Shown piece by piece: positions 41,694 through 54,662 of a DNA stretch of 64,000 nucleotides (position 1 is its first letter; every line of letters starts with the position of its first letter). The stretch spans positions 20,026,001 to 20,090,000 of the forward strand of contig OX597825.1 of the NCBI GenBank assembly GCA_951406725.2. Reading direction: 5' to 3'. Origin of the DNA: Octopus vulgaris (Eukaryota). Below the pieces are notes generated by a model that saw only the letters and a program-made list of their open reading frames with translations, was not told the origin of the DNA and searched no databases. The position numbers and the translations under genes were made by a program.

Positions 41694-42075
41694 AATCATC
41701 GTTAAAGAGTATATTAACGTTAAAGGAGAAGAATACTGTTTCCTCGTTTACACTTACAAGCACCAAAATGGTAACTAAATTCCTTAACAGTGTAATAGTG
41801 AAGAATTACGCTTAATCCAACGATAATACTTCTCCCTACTCATAGTATTTAACAACCAAATCCCTCTCTAATACACATTTCTATCTTAACAGATGTTCAA
41901 CCATCGTTAAAGAGTATATTAATGTTAAGCTAGAAAACTACTGTTTCCTAGTTTACACTTACAATTTCCACAATGGTAACTAAATTCCTTAACGCTTAAT
42001 CCAACGATAATACTCCTCCCCACTCATAGTATTTAACAACCAAATCCCTCTCTAATAACACCTTTATATCTTAAC
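41694..42075. repeat. ~200-bp tandem duplication
   Basis: catcgttaaagagtatattaa...aatggtaactaaattccttaac...ctcatagtatttaacaaccaaatccctctctaata occurs twice; the second copy has a ~20-bp deletion. Confidence 0.93.
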
Positions 42076-42812
42076 TAGGGATGCATTGGATAATGTATTC
42101 CGTAGAAACTGTTGCTAAAACAAAAAGAATTCTGCAGCTGAAATCATTGTCATATTTCGTTTGTTGGATTCTTCAAAATACAAAGCTAACGGCAAAGGCT
42201 ATACCACTGGCCGCGAGCCTAGTCATCCTGGTTTGACTAAAGTTGCTTCCATAACTGCCTGGCTTAAGTTTTCTTGCATTAGTTTTATTATTTAAATAGC
42301 TAAAAAAGATATACAAAGTTTGTCTGACAACTTGGGAATTATAATAAAGTCTTTCCTCGCCTCCTTTGAATTATTCGAGTTTAAATGTTTTCAGAATAAA
42401 TTGGAAGCAAGATGTTTTCGATGTATTTTCGAATATTTCCGTCTGAAGTAATTGTGAATAAATTATATGTCTGATAACCTTTAGAATAAGTAGCAAATCA
42501 CATTACACTGTACAATTGTGCTTTTCAAATCAATTTCCTTCTGAATTTAAGTACCTACGAAACATAATAAATGAATTAAAGATATCACGTTAGAATGCTT
42601 TCACGTTGCTTCAAACGTTTTTAATGCAAATAGACCGAGTAAATAACACAAAGGACAACCAAAGTGCGGATCTCGTGATCGTATCCAATTGAAGAAACTT
42701 CATTTTGTCTATTACAGCTTCAACGTTTTTCTACCAAGCTTGAATTACTTTGTTAATATTTGGCACAGCCGGGCCAGTTCAGATCTTGCAGATATATCCC
42801 CTAGCTTAGTTT

Positions 42813-43420
42813 AAGGCGGCGAGCTGGCAGAAACTTTAGCACGCCAGGCGAAATGCGTAGCTGTATTTCGTCTGTCGTAATGTTCGGCGTTCAAAATTCC
42901 GCCGAGGTAGACTTTGCCTTTCATCCTTTCGGGATCGATAAATTAAGTACCACTTACGCACTGGGGTCAATCTAATCGACTTAATCCATTTGTCTGTCCT
43001 TGTTTGTCCTCTCTGTGTTAAGCTCCTTGTGGGTAGTAAAGAAATATATATTTCGTCTGTCGTTATGTTGTGACTTCAAATTCCCCCGAGCTCGACTTTG
43101 CCTTTCGTCCTTTCGGGGTCGATAAATTAAGTACCAGTTACGTACTGGGGTCGATGTAATCGACTTAATCTGTTTGTCTGTCCTTGTTTGTCCCCTCTGT
43201 GTTTAGCCCCTGGTGGGTAGTAAAGAAATATATATTTCTTCTGTCGTTACGTTCCGAGCTCAAATCCGCCGAGGTCGACTTTGCCTTTCATCGTTTCGGG
43301 GTCGATAAATTAAGTACCAGTTACGCACTGGGGTCGATTTAATAGACTTAATCTCTTTGGCTGTCCTTGTTTGTCCCCTCTGTGTTTATCTCCTTGTGGG
43401 TAGTAAAGAAATATATATGA
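42813..43420 (+). mobile_element. SINE family B trimer (head plus three ~183-bp bodies) with one 13-bp TSD
   Basis: TSD cctagcttagttt at 42800-42812 and 43421-43433. Junctions gaaatatatatttc at about 43045 and 43230. Confidence 0.94.
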
Positions 43421-43465
43421 CCTAGCTTAGTTTCTACTTCTGGTAAGGCAGTTGTACGTACTTAC

Positions 43466-43591
43466 ATATGTATCGATTCCACAAAACCACAGTCCTGATA
43501 CTAGTAGAACATCATCAATATTTTTACACTCCAGGAACTTGTGACGCTTCACCGACATATCAAGATCTATTAACAAGGTAAAGCGGCCTAC
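43466..43591 (-). CDS. Candidate 126-nt internal exon of an unidentified gene (VGRFTLLIDLDMSVKRHKFLECKNIDDVLLVSGLWFCGIDTY)
   Basis: Minus-strand acceptor ttcacttggtttcttgttacag|G and donor AT|GTAAGT. The length is a multiple of 3 and only the phase-0 frame is open. No recognisable domain. Confidence 0.4.
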
Positions 43592-44528
43592 CTGTAACAA
43601 GAAACCAAGTGAAGTAGAGAATCTGCTTTCTGGGTTTGCTTCATTTCTTCCGGAATCATATAAATAACGATATTTATGACAGCACACTTGTTTCGCTAAC
43701 ACGTTTGTGGCATGTATAAATGACATATATGTAATTTAAGCATACTAAATATGATCACATCATTACGTAAATGTGAATTTCAAAGTATTATACAAGATAA
43801 TTCATTATCTTTTAGTTTGAGATTGATCTATGCATTAAATGTCTTGCTCAGATGTAGGCAGAAGGGAACTTGACATTTGTTGTCGACTTTATACTGTCCG
43901 ACCAAGAATCAAAAGATTTCGTCTTCTGGTGTGCTTATGTTTAAGGTCAAGCCACTTTCAACGATTAGTTCATCCTTAAAAAATAGCGCTGGAAACTGCG
44001 TAGTGCATTAGTTGGTTTTCATAGAAAGTCCATTCAACGTATTGTTAAATATAAATATATCTTGACTTTCACAATACTCAAAATACATTTTATTCTTTTT
44101 TACAGGTGTCAAAATCTCTACAGGTATAGTGGAATCAATCATACGCTGGTCAATTATTCTCGTTGAGCGGTTAAATCGCGGCCATGAGGCAAAATATTTT
44201 TTAAACGTTTATAAGTGATGGAAACATCTTTTATTGCAATTGTAGCATAAACTGCATCGTCATGCCTCTAAGCGGAACTCGCAACCGGAAACTGTGACTT
44301 CTGTCTAATTTAAATAAAGTAGACATTTCAATTCCAGACTAACAAGCGTAAACAGCAGCATTTACAATGATGGAGTCTTCTCTAAAACAAAACAGAAAAC
44401 ATTTAGATAGAGGGGAGAGAGAAAGGAAAGATATACGTATAACAATCGCAAAGTGTTCAGTGATGAGCAGAAAGAAGAGACAAATCCATACGAAAAACAA
44501 AGGGGCAAGAGAATAATGTACCCACAAA

Positions 44529-44529
<1 letters not shown>

Positions 44530-44587
<58 letters not shown>

Positions 44588-44615
44588 GGAGATAGATAGA
44601 TAGATAGATAGATAG

Positions 44616-44661
<46 letters not shown>

Positions 44662-44677
44662 CACACACACACACACA
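44530..44677. repeat. (TA)(GA)(GATA)(CA) compound microsatellite
   Basis: Directly visible. Confidence 0.95.
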
Positions 44678-44898
44678 ATAGTGTTAGTGCATATGTATAT
44701 AAGGATGTGTACATTCGATACAGCGAATCGTTGTTCGATCTTTGCTGCAATAACTAAGCTGGAGGAGAAAATCCTTTTATATAGATACACACACAATAGT
44801 GTTAGTGCATATGTATATAAGGACGTGTACATTCGCATTTAACACATTAAGATCTTTGCTGCAATAACTAAGCTGGAGGAGAAAATCCCCCTTTTATA
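44659..44898. repeat. ~125-bp tandem duplication
   Basis: gatacacac..aatagtgttagtgcatatgtatataagga.gtgtacattcg...gatctttgctgcaa.taactaagctggaggagaaaatcc occurs twice. Confidence 0.92.
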
Positions 44899-45054
44899 CT
44901 GTGAGAGAATGGTTTATTAATACCAGAAGGCATATGTTTCTCTGAGATTATGATGCATCAATTTCATACGCCGAATCACTCATTCACAGCCTACTGTGCC
45001 ATGTCGAGACAGAATTAATTATTAAAACCTAATTCAGCAGCGGTGTTTAAAATA

Positions 45055-45397
45055 AGGGTGCGTAGATTTAAATGTAACACGTTCATGTACAATCGAAGAT
45101 GAAGAGACCTTCGTTGTGGCAACTGTCTTGGAAAACGGTTACTTCTTAGAGACAGTGTATATGAAAAAAGGGCCGAAGTGGGACATGGAGGACGTCTTTG
45201 GAATGTAAGATATGTTTATGTGAATTTACATTTCATCAGTTACGGATGCCAAAAGAGTCGTCCTCCATATCCCACTTCGCTGTGTTTTCATATAGAATTA
45301 TCTATAAGAAGTATTTGTTTTCCAAGACAGTTGCCACAACGAAGATTTCTCATATTTGATTGTACACAAATGTGTTACATATAAATCTACGCACCCT
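45055..45397. mobile_element. Foldback MITE with TA TSD (Tc1/mariner-type)
   Basis: Termini agggtgcgtagatttaaatgtaacac / gtgttacatataaatctacgcaccct are flanked by TA. Internal arms are also complementary (cttcgttgtggcaactgtcttggaaaac / gttttccaagacagttgccacaacgaag; gaagtgggacatggaggacg / cgtcctccatatcccacttc). Confidence 0.9.
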
Positions 45398-46234
45398 TAT
45401 TTTAAATATCGGATTTTAAGTGATGGTTCGAAATTCACTAAGAACTGCAATCGTTGTATGTAAATAACAAAAAATACACATACTGGCGTAAGCTGAACTT
45501 TGTCACGCTGGAAATGACAATATTGAAACCACACGACTAAGCCGCAGTGGTTTAAATAAGGCTGAGCATATCCAAAAGTAACATATTTGTGTACATCAAA
45601 ACATGGAAAAAGCGGCATAAATATTGTTTGCACTTGTATATATTGCCTGTATGCATCTCGCCGTCACTGTCTTATTTTGTTTGCATATAACTATGCGTAT
45701 AACATATTTATTTTCATAGATATCTATGCATGGAAATACATTTCCATGATTTTATTTATCTTTCAAAAATATCATAAATCTATATGAATAGTTTTTCAAA
45801 TACCAATATTCTAACATATCATAATATTTATTATCAGATTAATGACAAATTATTCAACTTATTTATGTATTCTCACAAGCATTTACATATCAGTGACGCC
45901 CGCCGTTATCTGTAGACGTATGAAGAGAGTTTCTAGTTACGAGATTATTTATAACATCAAAAACTTCTCATCATGCTCTTAAATATACGCTATACATGTG
46001 TGTGAGAGTGTGCGTGCGAGTGGGTGTATACATATACATACATCCGTCTGTGTATCTATGTATGTATCTGTGTGTGTATTTATGTATGTATGTATGTATG
46101 TATGTGCATGGAAAATATCCTTTCATAAGCATATGCAAACGCATATCATATACAGAGCATACATATATATATGTACATGCATAAATGCAAATCGACAGAT
46201 ACATACATACATGGATGGATGGATTGCTAGCGAG

Positions 46235-46447
<213 letters not shown>

Positions 46448-46489
46448 CAAACAGGCATTTGAAAATATGTGTACCTTTTATATTTTATT

Positions 46490-46860
46490 TGCTACTTATC
46501 TTTGTCGTTAGTTTGCGGCCATGCTGAATCACTTCCTTTAAGAATTCTTTGTCTAGTAATTCATTTGCTTAAGCCTGGTACTTACTCTGTTAGGTTGTTT
46601 TGCCGAACCGCTAAGTTACGGGAGCATAAACACACCAACACTTGTTGCCAAGCAGTGTGGGATCAAACACAGATACAAAGACACACAAACATAGTTACCC
46701 GGCGGTCTTCTTCCAGTTTTCGTCTACCTAATTCACTGACAGGTTTTTGGCCGGGCCGACGCTGTAACAGAAGCCACTTGCTCAAGGTGTCACGCAGTGA
46801 TAGTGAACCCGGAACTATGTCGATCGGAACCAAACTTCTTATTACACAGCCACGTCTGGC
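46490..46860 (-). mobile_element. SINE family A-like, diverged
   Basis: gcggccatgctg...gccgaaccgctaagttacggg...cttgctcaaggtgtcacgcagtg...acacagccac. Confidence 0.8.
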
Positions 46861-47236
46861 TTTTGTGCCTATTTGAATTTTGAAGTCATAGAATGTGAAG
46901 ACATGTGCTTTATGGCTTGGATGGGAGGAACATGATCATACGGCCATGGATTCGATTCCTAGACTTTGGTGCGTCGTGGCCTTTATGATGACGGTATATT
47001 TCTAATTGCTTGAGTATCCCCAACTGAAAATAAGTACCTACTTAGTGCTGAGGATTCGACTTTCCCTACAGATTTCACAGGAGAGGATTTTCGGTATCTT
47101 CGTAAATACAGATTCACCTCCAGCAATTTTCAGACGGTATCTCTCATGCTGCCAAGTCACCACAAACATCACACTTGCTCCTGTTTCTAGGACTTTTTTT
47201 TTTCACAAAAGCAAAGAAAAAAAATGATTACCAATA

Positions 47237-49930
47237 GAAACACAACGTGGCCGTGTATTCACGGTTTAACCTATCACGGTTGATAGGTTACCCGAGTTTT
47301 AATTAAATTCAATCGTCGAAGTAAAAATATCAGAGTCCCTTCAGTAAACCAACAAACTTACACGTTTAAGATCTTCCGAGTAAACTAGGTGAATAGTTTC
47401 AATCACATTATTATTCACTAAGGAAACAGCTACGTTTTTCTTTCTCTAACATTTTACATAGTTCAAACTACACAACTTAATGTGTAAATAACAAAATAGG
47501 AATTTTGAAAGACGCTTCTATAAAACTAGTTTTTAAACATCGAATGACTAAGGGGTCCACCAGAAAAAAATAGCAATAAAAAAGGGGTCCATATACAAAA
47601 GAGGGTTGAGAACACCTGCTCTATTTCATACAGAGACAGTGCAGAGCACTAACTGTAGCAATCGTTGCATCACGTCATCACAATATATATCTAGTTTTAA
47701 GGCATTTGAGTTATAATAATATTATTTTCTTTTCTCACATTTAGTATTATATATATATTAGGGCATTTCTATTTATTTTAAAATGCACTCACTTTCTCCT
47801 CAGTTTCCAACTCAACATGAAATTACATTAAAATTAATTGCTTCTGTGTAACATTTTCTTAGTCTGTTGTTGTGTACAAATCGATCAAAAAGCCGAAGGA
47901 AAACATTTATATGAATATGTAATCCTGCGTTGCTTAGATAACGTATTAAAGTTGTGTTGGATTCTACGATGTTACATGTTACTAACACATCAATATACTG
48001 ATTACAGTGGAGATAATCTGAAGCAAAAGATATAACTGTGAATGTATATTATAAATGGAAGAAAATGATGGTAGATGCGCGCTAATACTTTCAGGAGGGT
48101 ATCGTATATCGTGATGATGCGCTATATATACCCGGTGGTGGTGTGGGTAGGTGTGGGTGGGTAAAAATGGGATAGTTAGGAATCTAAATCGTACGACTAT
48201 ATATGTATCACACAGTTTGGTGGTATAAAGATGTTGGTGTGGGTTTGGTCATTAATGTTTGCGGCCATGGGTGGTGGTCCTGGTTAAGAATTCTTTGTGG
48301 TGATGCATTTGTTTAGTGGTTACTATCGTGTTAGGTGGTTGTTTTGTACAGACACTAAGTTGATCGGAACATGACACCCCCCACATCAATTCACTTTTAT
48401 GATGATGCACAAGGGAATGTGATGATCAAGCTCGACACTTGCTTACACAAAGTCACCTTGGTTGCGGCCAATACTGAATCGGCTACTGGCTACGATGGGC
48501 TTTTTCAAATTCTTTGTCTACTATAGTCATTTGTAGTCATCGACCAGCCTCGTGAGCTTTACTGGTTAGATTGTTTTGTCGAACCACTAAGTTATCGGAA
48601 CATAAGATTCATCAATAGTTGTGTCATCAGTGTGGGGTCGTCAATGTAAGTGCTCCATGTCGATCAGGAACCACAATACGATGGGCTTTTTTCATCTTTA
48701 AGTTTTCGTCACCCATCAAGTTGACAAGTTTTTCATAACCTAAAACCGTTGTTGTTGTTGTCAGTTACGCTGCTTTCATAAATGATTGTTAATTAAAACC
48801 TATGTTATATTAGATGTTATTATTAAATCAAGCTTCTTATTGTTATTATATTAAGTTATTGTTGTTGTTGCCTGACTTTTGTTATTAATATTGTTGACGT
48901 TTGTTATTATTATTTTGTGGCCTTTAGAATGTTACCATGTGGTTTATGGCTTGGATTGCCAATAATAATATTCTAATTGTAGATATTCTTTGTTGCTGTA
49001 TTGACTTTGTAAGGAGCAAACCTATTGATTGAATATTTCTAATTGGCTTGAATATCCCCCAACTGAAAGTAAGTGCCTACCTTGAAGGAAAAAAAAAAGA
49101 TTTCCAATATCTCTCATGCTGAAACACAACGGTGCCGTCTATTCACGGTTTAACTATAGGTTGATAGGTTACCCGAGTTTTAATTAAATTCAATCGTCGA
49201 AGTAAAAATATCAGAGTCCCTTCAGTAAACCAACAAACTTACACGTTTAAGATCTTCCGAGTAAACTAGGTGAATAGTTTCAATCACATTATTATTCACT
49301 AAGGAAACAGCTACGTTTTTCTTTCTCTAACATTTTACATAGTTCAAACTACACAACTTAATGTGTAAATAACAAAATAGGAATTTTGAAAGACGCTTCT
49401 ATAAAACTAGTTTTTAAACATCGAATGACTAAGGGGTCCACCAGAAAAAAATAGCAATAAAAAAGGGGTCCATATACAAAAGAGGGTTGAGAACACCTGC
49501 TCTATTTCATACAGAGACAGTGCAGAGCACTAACTGTAGCAATCGTTGCATCACGTCATCACAATATATATCTAGTTTTAAGGCATTTGAGTTATAATAA
49601 TATTATTTTCTTTTCTCACATTTAGTATTATATATATATTAGGGCATTTCTATTTATTTTAAAATGCACTCACTTTCTCCTCGGTTTCCAACTCAACATG
49701 AAATTACATTAAAATTAATTGCTTCTGTGTAACATTTTCTTAGTCTGTTGTTGTGTACAAATCGATCAAAAAGCCGAAGGAAAACATTTATATGAATATG
49801 TAATCCTGCGTTGCTTACATAACGTATTAAAGTTGTGTCGGATTCTACAATGTTACATGTTACTAACACATCAATATACTGATTACAGTGGAGATAATCT
49901 GAAGCAAAAGATATAACTGTGAATGTATAT
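47237..49930. repeat. Near-identical direct duplication (47237-48049 and 49121-49930) around a scrambled spacer; each copy includes a hAT-like terminus (ggttgagaacacctg)
   Basis: The copies are offset by about 1881 bp. I counted only about 4 substitutions over the last ~770 bp by eye. Confidence 0.95.
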
Positions 49931-49997
49931 ATATATATGTATGTGTGCATGTATTTACTTTCATATGTATATATATATATCTATATATATATCTATA

Positions 49998-50049
<52 letters not shown>

Positions 50050-50174
50050 TATGCCTGTCCTGATATTAATGTATGATTTTTATAGCGTGTGATGCATGAG
50101 TGTTACTATGAATTCGTTAAATGTATGTGCGTATACAAACATACATAAGTATACATACACCCCCCACACACACG

Positions 50175-50321
50175 CACATAGTGGTTGTGTGGTAAGTAAC
50201 TTGCTTACCAGCCACCTGGTTCCGGATTCAGTCCCACTGCGTGCCATTTTGGGCAAGTGTCTTCTACTATAGTCTTGGGCCGACCAAAGCCTCGTGAGTG
50301 AATTTGGTAGAGGGAAACTGA
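50175..50321 (+). mobile_element. SINE family A, 5' fragment
   Basis: gtggttgtgtggtaagtaacttgcttacc...ggcaagtgtcttctactatag...gaaactga. Confidence 0.85.
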
Positions 50322-51004
50322 CATCATCATTACCATCATCATCGTCGTCGTCATCATCGTCATCATCTACATCATCATCATCACCACCACCACCACTACT
50401 ACGAGCGCTATAAGTATCCCCATTGCTGTCACCTCCATCATCATCGCCATCATTATCATCATCATCGTTGTCGTCGTCATCACCGTCATCATCATCATCA
50501 TCATCAGCGTCATCGTCATCGTCATCGTCATCAGCGTCATCATCATCGTCACCATCGTCATCGTCATCATCATCATCATCGTCGTTGTCGTCGTCATCAC
50601 CATCGTCATCGTCATCACCATCATCGTCATCATCATCGTCATCTGCATCATCGTCACCATCGTCATCGTCATCATCATCATCATTATCATCATCGTCGTT
50701 GTCGTCGTCATCACCATCGCCATCGTCATCAACATCATCGTCATCATCATCATCGTCATCGTCATTATCATCATCATCATCATCATCATCGTCATCATCG
50801 TCATCATCGTCATCGTCATCATCATCATCGTCGTCGTCGTCATCATCATTATCGTCGTCATCATCATCATCGTCGTCATCATCATCGTCACCATCGTTAT
50901 CGTCATCGTCGTCATCATCATCATCATCATCGTTATCATCATCATCGTCGTCGTCATCATCATCGTTGTCGTCGTTATCATCATCATCATCAATATCATC
51001 ATCG
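50322..51004. repeat. Degenerate (CAT/CGT)n trinucleotide array
   Basis: Directly visible; explains the poly-M and poly-S ORFs. Confidence 0.97.
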
Positions 51005-51349
51005 TTATCTCTGTGTATCTCCGAAAGTTACTTCGTATATCCGAAAGTTACTTCGCTTTCTTCCTGACTCGTTGTAGACATTTGTGTACTTTTATCGCGT
51101 AGGTTCTGTATACGTTCTCCGCACAGAATGGTGCGTGTATTGTTGGTTCTTCTATGTTTTACCATTATTAATGCCTCGGCCATCTCTTATATCGAGGATC
51201 GTGCTGTTTGCTGCCTGTAAATCATCCGTCATACTCAAAGACAGTCACGCACAGGTTTCCGCAGAATGGATGGCCTCACCCGAGTTTCATTGACACCGTC
51301 GATGACTCACGAAAGAGGGGAAAGAAAGAGAGTGGCAATGTGGATGTAG

Positions 51350-52098
51350 ATTATGATGACGGCGACGATGATGATGATGATGATGCTGGTGGTGGAGATG
51401 GTGGTGGGGATGGTGGTAGTGCTGGCGATGATAATGATGGTGGTGGTGGTAGTGGTGTTGGCGGTTCTGGCGATGATAATGGTGGTGGTGGTGGTGGTGG
51501 TGGTGTTTATAATGGTGGTGGTGGTGTTTATAATGGTGGTGGTGGTGTTTATAATGGTGGTGGTGGTGTTTATAATGGTGGTGGTGGTGATAACGATGAG
51601 GATGGTAATGATGAGGATAATGGTGGTGGTGGTGGTGATGGTGGTGTTGACTATGATGAAGACGGTGAGGAGGAGAAGGAGGAGCAGGAGGCAAGGTTAG
51701 AGGAGAAAAGGATGATAACGATAAGGATGAACATGATGGCGATCATGACAATCAGGATGATGGCCATGAGGGGGAGAGAGGGAAGGATGACTATAATGAT
51801 AATGGTGGTGGTGGTGTTGGTGGTGGTGGTGTTGTTGTTGTTGGTGTTGATGGTGGTGGTGGTGGTGGTGGTGGTGGTGTGGGTGGTGATGATGTGGGTG
51901 GTGGTGATGTGGGTGGTGGTGATTGTGTGGGTGGTGGTGTTGTTGTGGTTGGTGATGATGGTTGTGGTGGTGTTGGTGGTGTAGATGGTGTTGGTGGTGT
52001 TGGTGTTGGTGGTGTAGATGGTGGTGGTGGTGGTGTGGGTGGTGGCGTTGGTGACGACAACGACGATGATGATGATGATGATGATGACGAAGATGAGG
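51350..52098. repeat. Degenerate (GGT/GAT)n array with an 18-bp higher-order unit (ggtggtggtgtttataat) x4
   Basis: Directly visible. Confidence 0.95.
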
Positions 52099-52629
52099 AG
52101 ATTGCGATACATGGACCTGGTAATAGCGGCTGTGGCTACGATGGAATGATGTTAGTCATGGCAGTTGTGCTTGCCGTAGTCATCGTCGTCGTAGAGCTTT
52201 CGCGGTGGTATTTATTGAATATGGTGTATCAGACAATGTAAGTGCTCCATGATAACAATTCAATAGAGTCACGTCAATGGAGTCAACAGTTTGTCACACT
52301 ATCAAGTTTTCTCTTCACCTGTCATAACCTAAAACCGGTGTCAGTTACGCTGCTTTCATAAATGAAATAAAACCTTTTTTCAAACAAACTGAATCACCAA
52401 GATATAAGTATGTCGCATATCACGTTAGAAAATTCTCCACTGTTGTAAAATGTAGATATTCTTTGTGTATTGAATGAGAAACCAAGATATTCGTCCCCTC
52501 TGTCTGTAGAAATTACAAGTAACCTTGCTGGTGTAGAATAATGTAACGGAAGCGGGGTCAAATCTGTGAGATAGCTACTAAATCCGGTGAGTATATGTGT
52601 GTCTAGACACACGCATATATGTCTATATA

Positions 52630-52675
<46 letters not shown>

Positions 52676-54662
52676 TATACATAAATATATGCCGGTTCAG
52701 CGATGCGAATAGGAACAATGGACTCAAAGCACGAGTATCACACAAGCAACAGAGTGACTCAATGGTCGAGAGTTTCGTGAAGATAGAACTTATCAAGCTT
52801 TTGAAAAGTATTATCGCACGAAACTGTCGCGCCTATAAATACATACATAGATGTGAGTGCATGTATATATATATATACTTTTTTTATTCAAGGGGAGGCA
52901 ATGCGAGCAACAACCACAGGAACATCACAAAATTCAAAGGTAGACCAAACACATACAAATCTTATATACTAATTTATATCTAAACAGTCACCTTTTGTTT
53001 GTATTTGTAACTGTGTACCATTTCTCGTCCTTAGTTTCGTATACGTTCACTTGTTTCCTTCCAAAGAATCTAGTGCTCTTGGCTTTGAATTCCTTGGGGC
53101 CGTCCAGATAAGAGCAGTCTCAAGATTTATCGGCCGAAACTGCAAAGAAAATCTGCTTCTCGACTGAAGATTGAAAGCTCATAATGACCCGTCCTTGTTT
53201 TTTTACCTGTCCTTTTTTGTATCATCTGACTGTTCGAATGTTTTCTTGTCACTTGTTACGTTCTTGTTCCATTTTTTTTTGTTTTGATTATTTATATATA
53301 CATATAGCAGCGTGCGTACACGTTTAGTCATGGTCCCATCCTAAATCGGTAATTTCTTGAGGATGGTTTCATAAATTCGAAATTGTGAATGCAAGGTAAG
53401 TCTACATCAATTCATGTATTTGTTTTCTTGTGATTTGCCTTGCTTATACTTCGCATAGTTCTGCCCTTACCCACGATCCTTTATGCAATATATATGTATG
53501 TATGTATGTATTTATGTATGTATGTATGTATGTATGTATGTGATTGTGTGTATATATGTGTGTATGGGTGTGTGTACACAAGTTACTTTTAACCCTGTGT
53601 GTACAGTTTACAGTATAAATATTAAATAATTTCCTTGGTATCTTCTAAATTGAAGGATAACATTAATATTAAAAATGTTATTAAAACCAGTAAGGTGTGT
53701 TTATATTTTAACAAATTATAAAATTGCTGTAAAAGAAAAGTTATATTTCAAGTACAATGGAAAAAATATCATTTTGACTGTTTCCAGTTTTTAAAGCGAA
53801 AGATGTTTACACTTATGATCTTCCTTACTTAAAATGCTCAATGTTTTCAAAATCCGCAAACATTACATACAACAAGAGTTTTTAAAAAAATTCTAGAAAC
53901 ATCACACTTTCTCATTGTTATGTATGAGGTTTAGTCGAACTCTATTAAGCTACTGTATTGAGAAAATAGTAATCTGGACTGAAGTGAAGCAACTCAAAAA
54001 TATGAGATACAGCAAATTAAAATGACATGACAAGCTGGATGGAGCATATCGACTAAAAAAAGCTTTGAAACGAAAAAACATTAGCAAATATTGACGAGGA
54101 AACTAGTTCGGCTAAACCATATACAATGATTAAAATATTACCTAATACCGACAAGAAACATTGTATTTATTATTTATTTATTATTGACGTAAAGAGAAAC
54201 AATTTATACACAAAACTTTTAGTGACTAACTTGGTGTTTTTGTACTTTTTGGCAAGTTTTCCAATATTTACAAGTTTAGATATAATTGTCTTCTAGATAG
54301 ATGTCGGTTAATCGTTTTCGTCTATCTTCATTATAATAAAATGTTGTTGGCATTTATGCGTACTTCGAAACATGTGGGTATATCTTTCAGCGAAGCGCCC
54401 TAAATTGAAGCAGTTTTCTACAAGGAATCTATAAAACTGTAATAAGCATTTGTTCTTAAATTTTCGCTGAAGATATCCATCATTTTTTTCCATTTGTAGT
54501 TCCGATTGGGTTATTTCTTTACCATCGGTATTTTGTTAACAATCTAATCTTCTCTAGCAATGAAATCCTAAAATCTGGTTTTCAGTTCGTTTTTCGGCGC
54601 ATTGAAATGACGTCACAAATCGAGGTATCATTTTTTTCAGGCTGGGAAAAACTTATAGTATA

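Noticed and set aside
42813-43420. CRISPR-like or satellite array
   Set aside because: There are no unique spacers. The units are SINE bodies inside one TSD, in a eukaryotic context.
50367-51067. Poly-Met and poly-Ser ORFs (superficially Met-rich like reflectins)
   Set aside because: These are pure (CAT)n translations with no reflectin-type motif.
51208-51984. 258-aa Gly/Asp/Val-rich ORF with GGGGVYN repeats
   Set aside because: It lies in a trinucleotide array that is open in several frames on both strands. The amino-acid composition changes with slippage and there is no splice or domain support.
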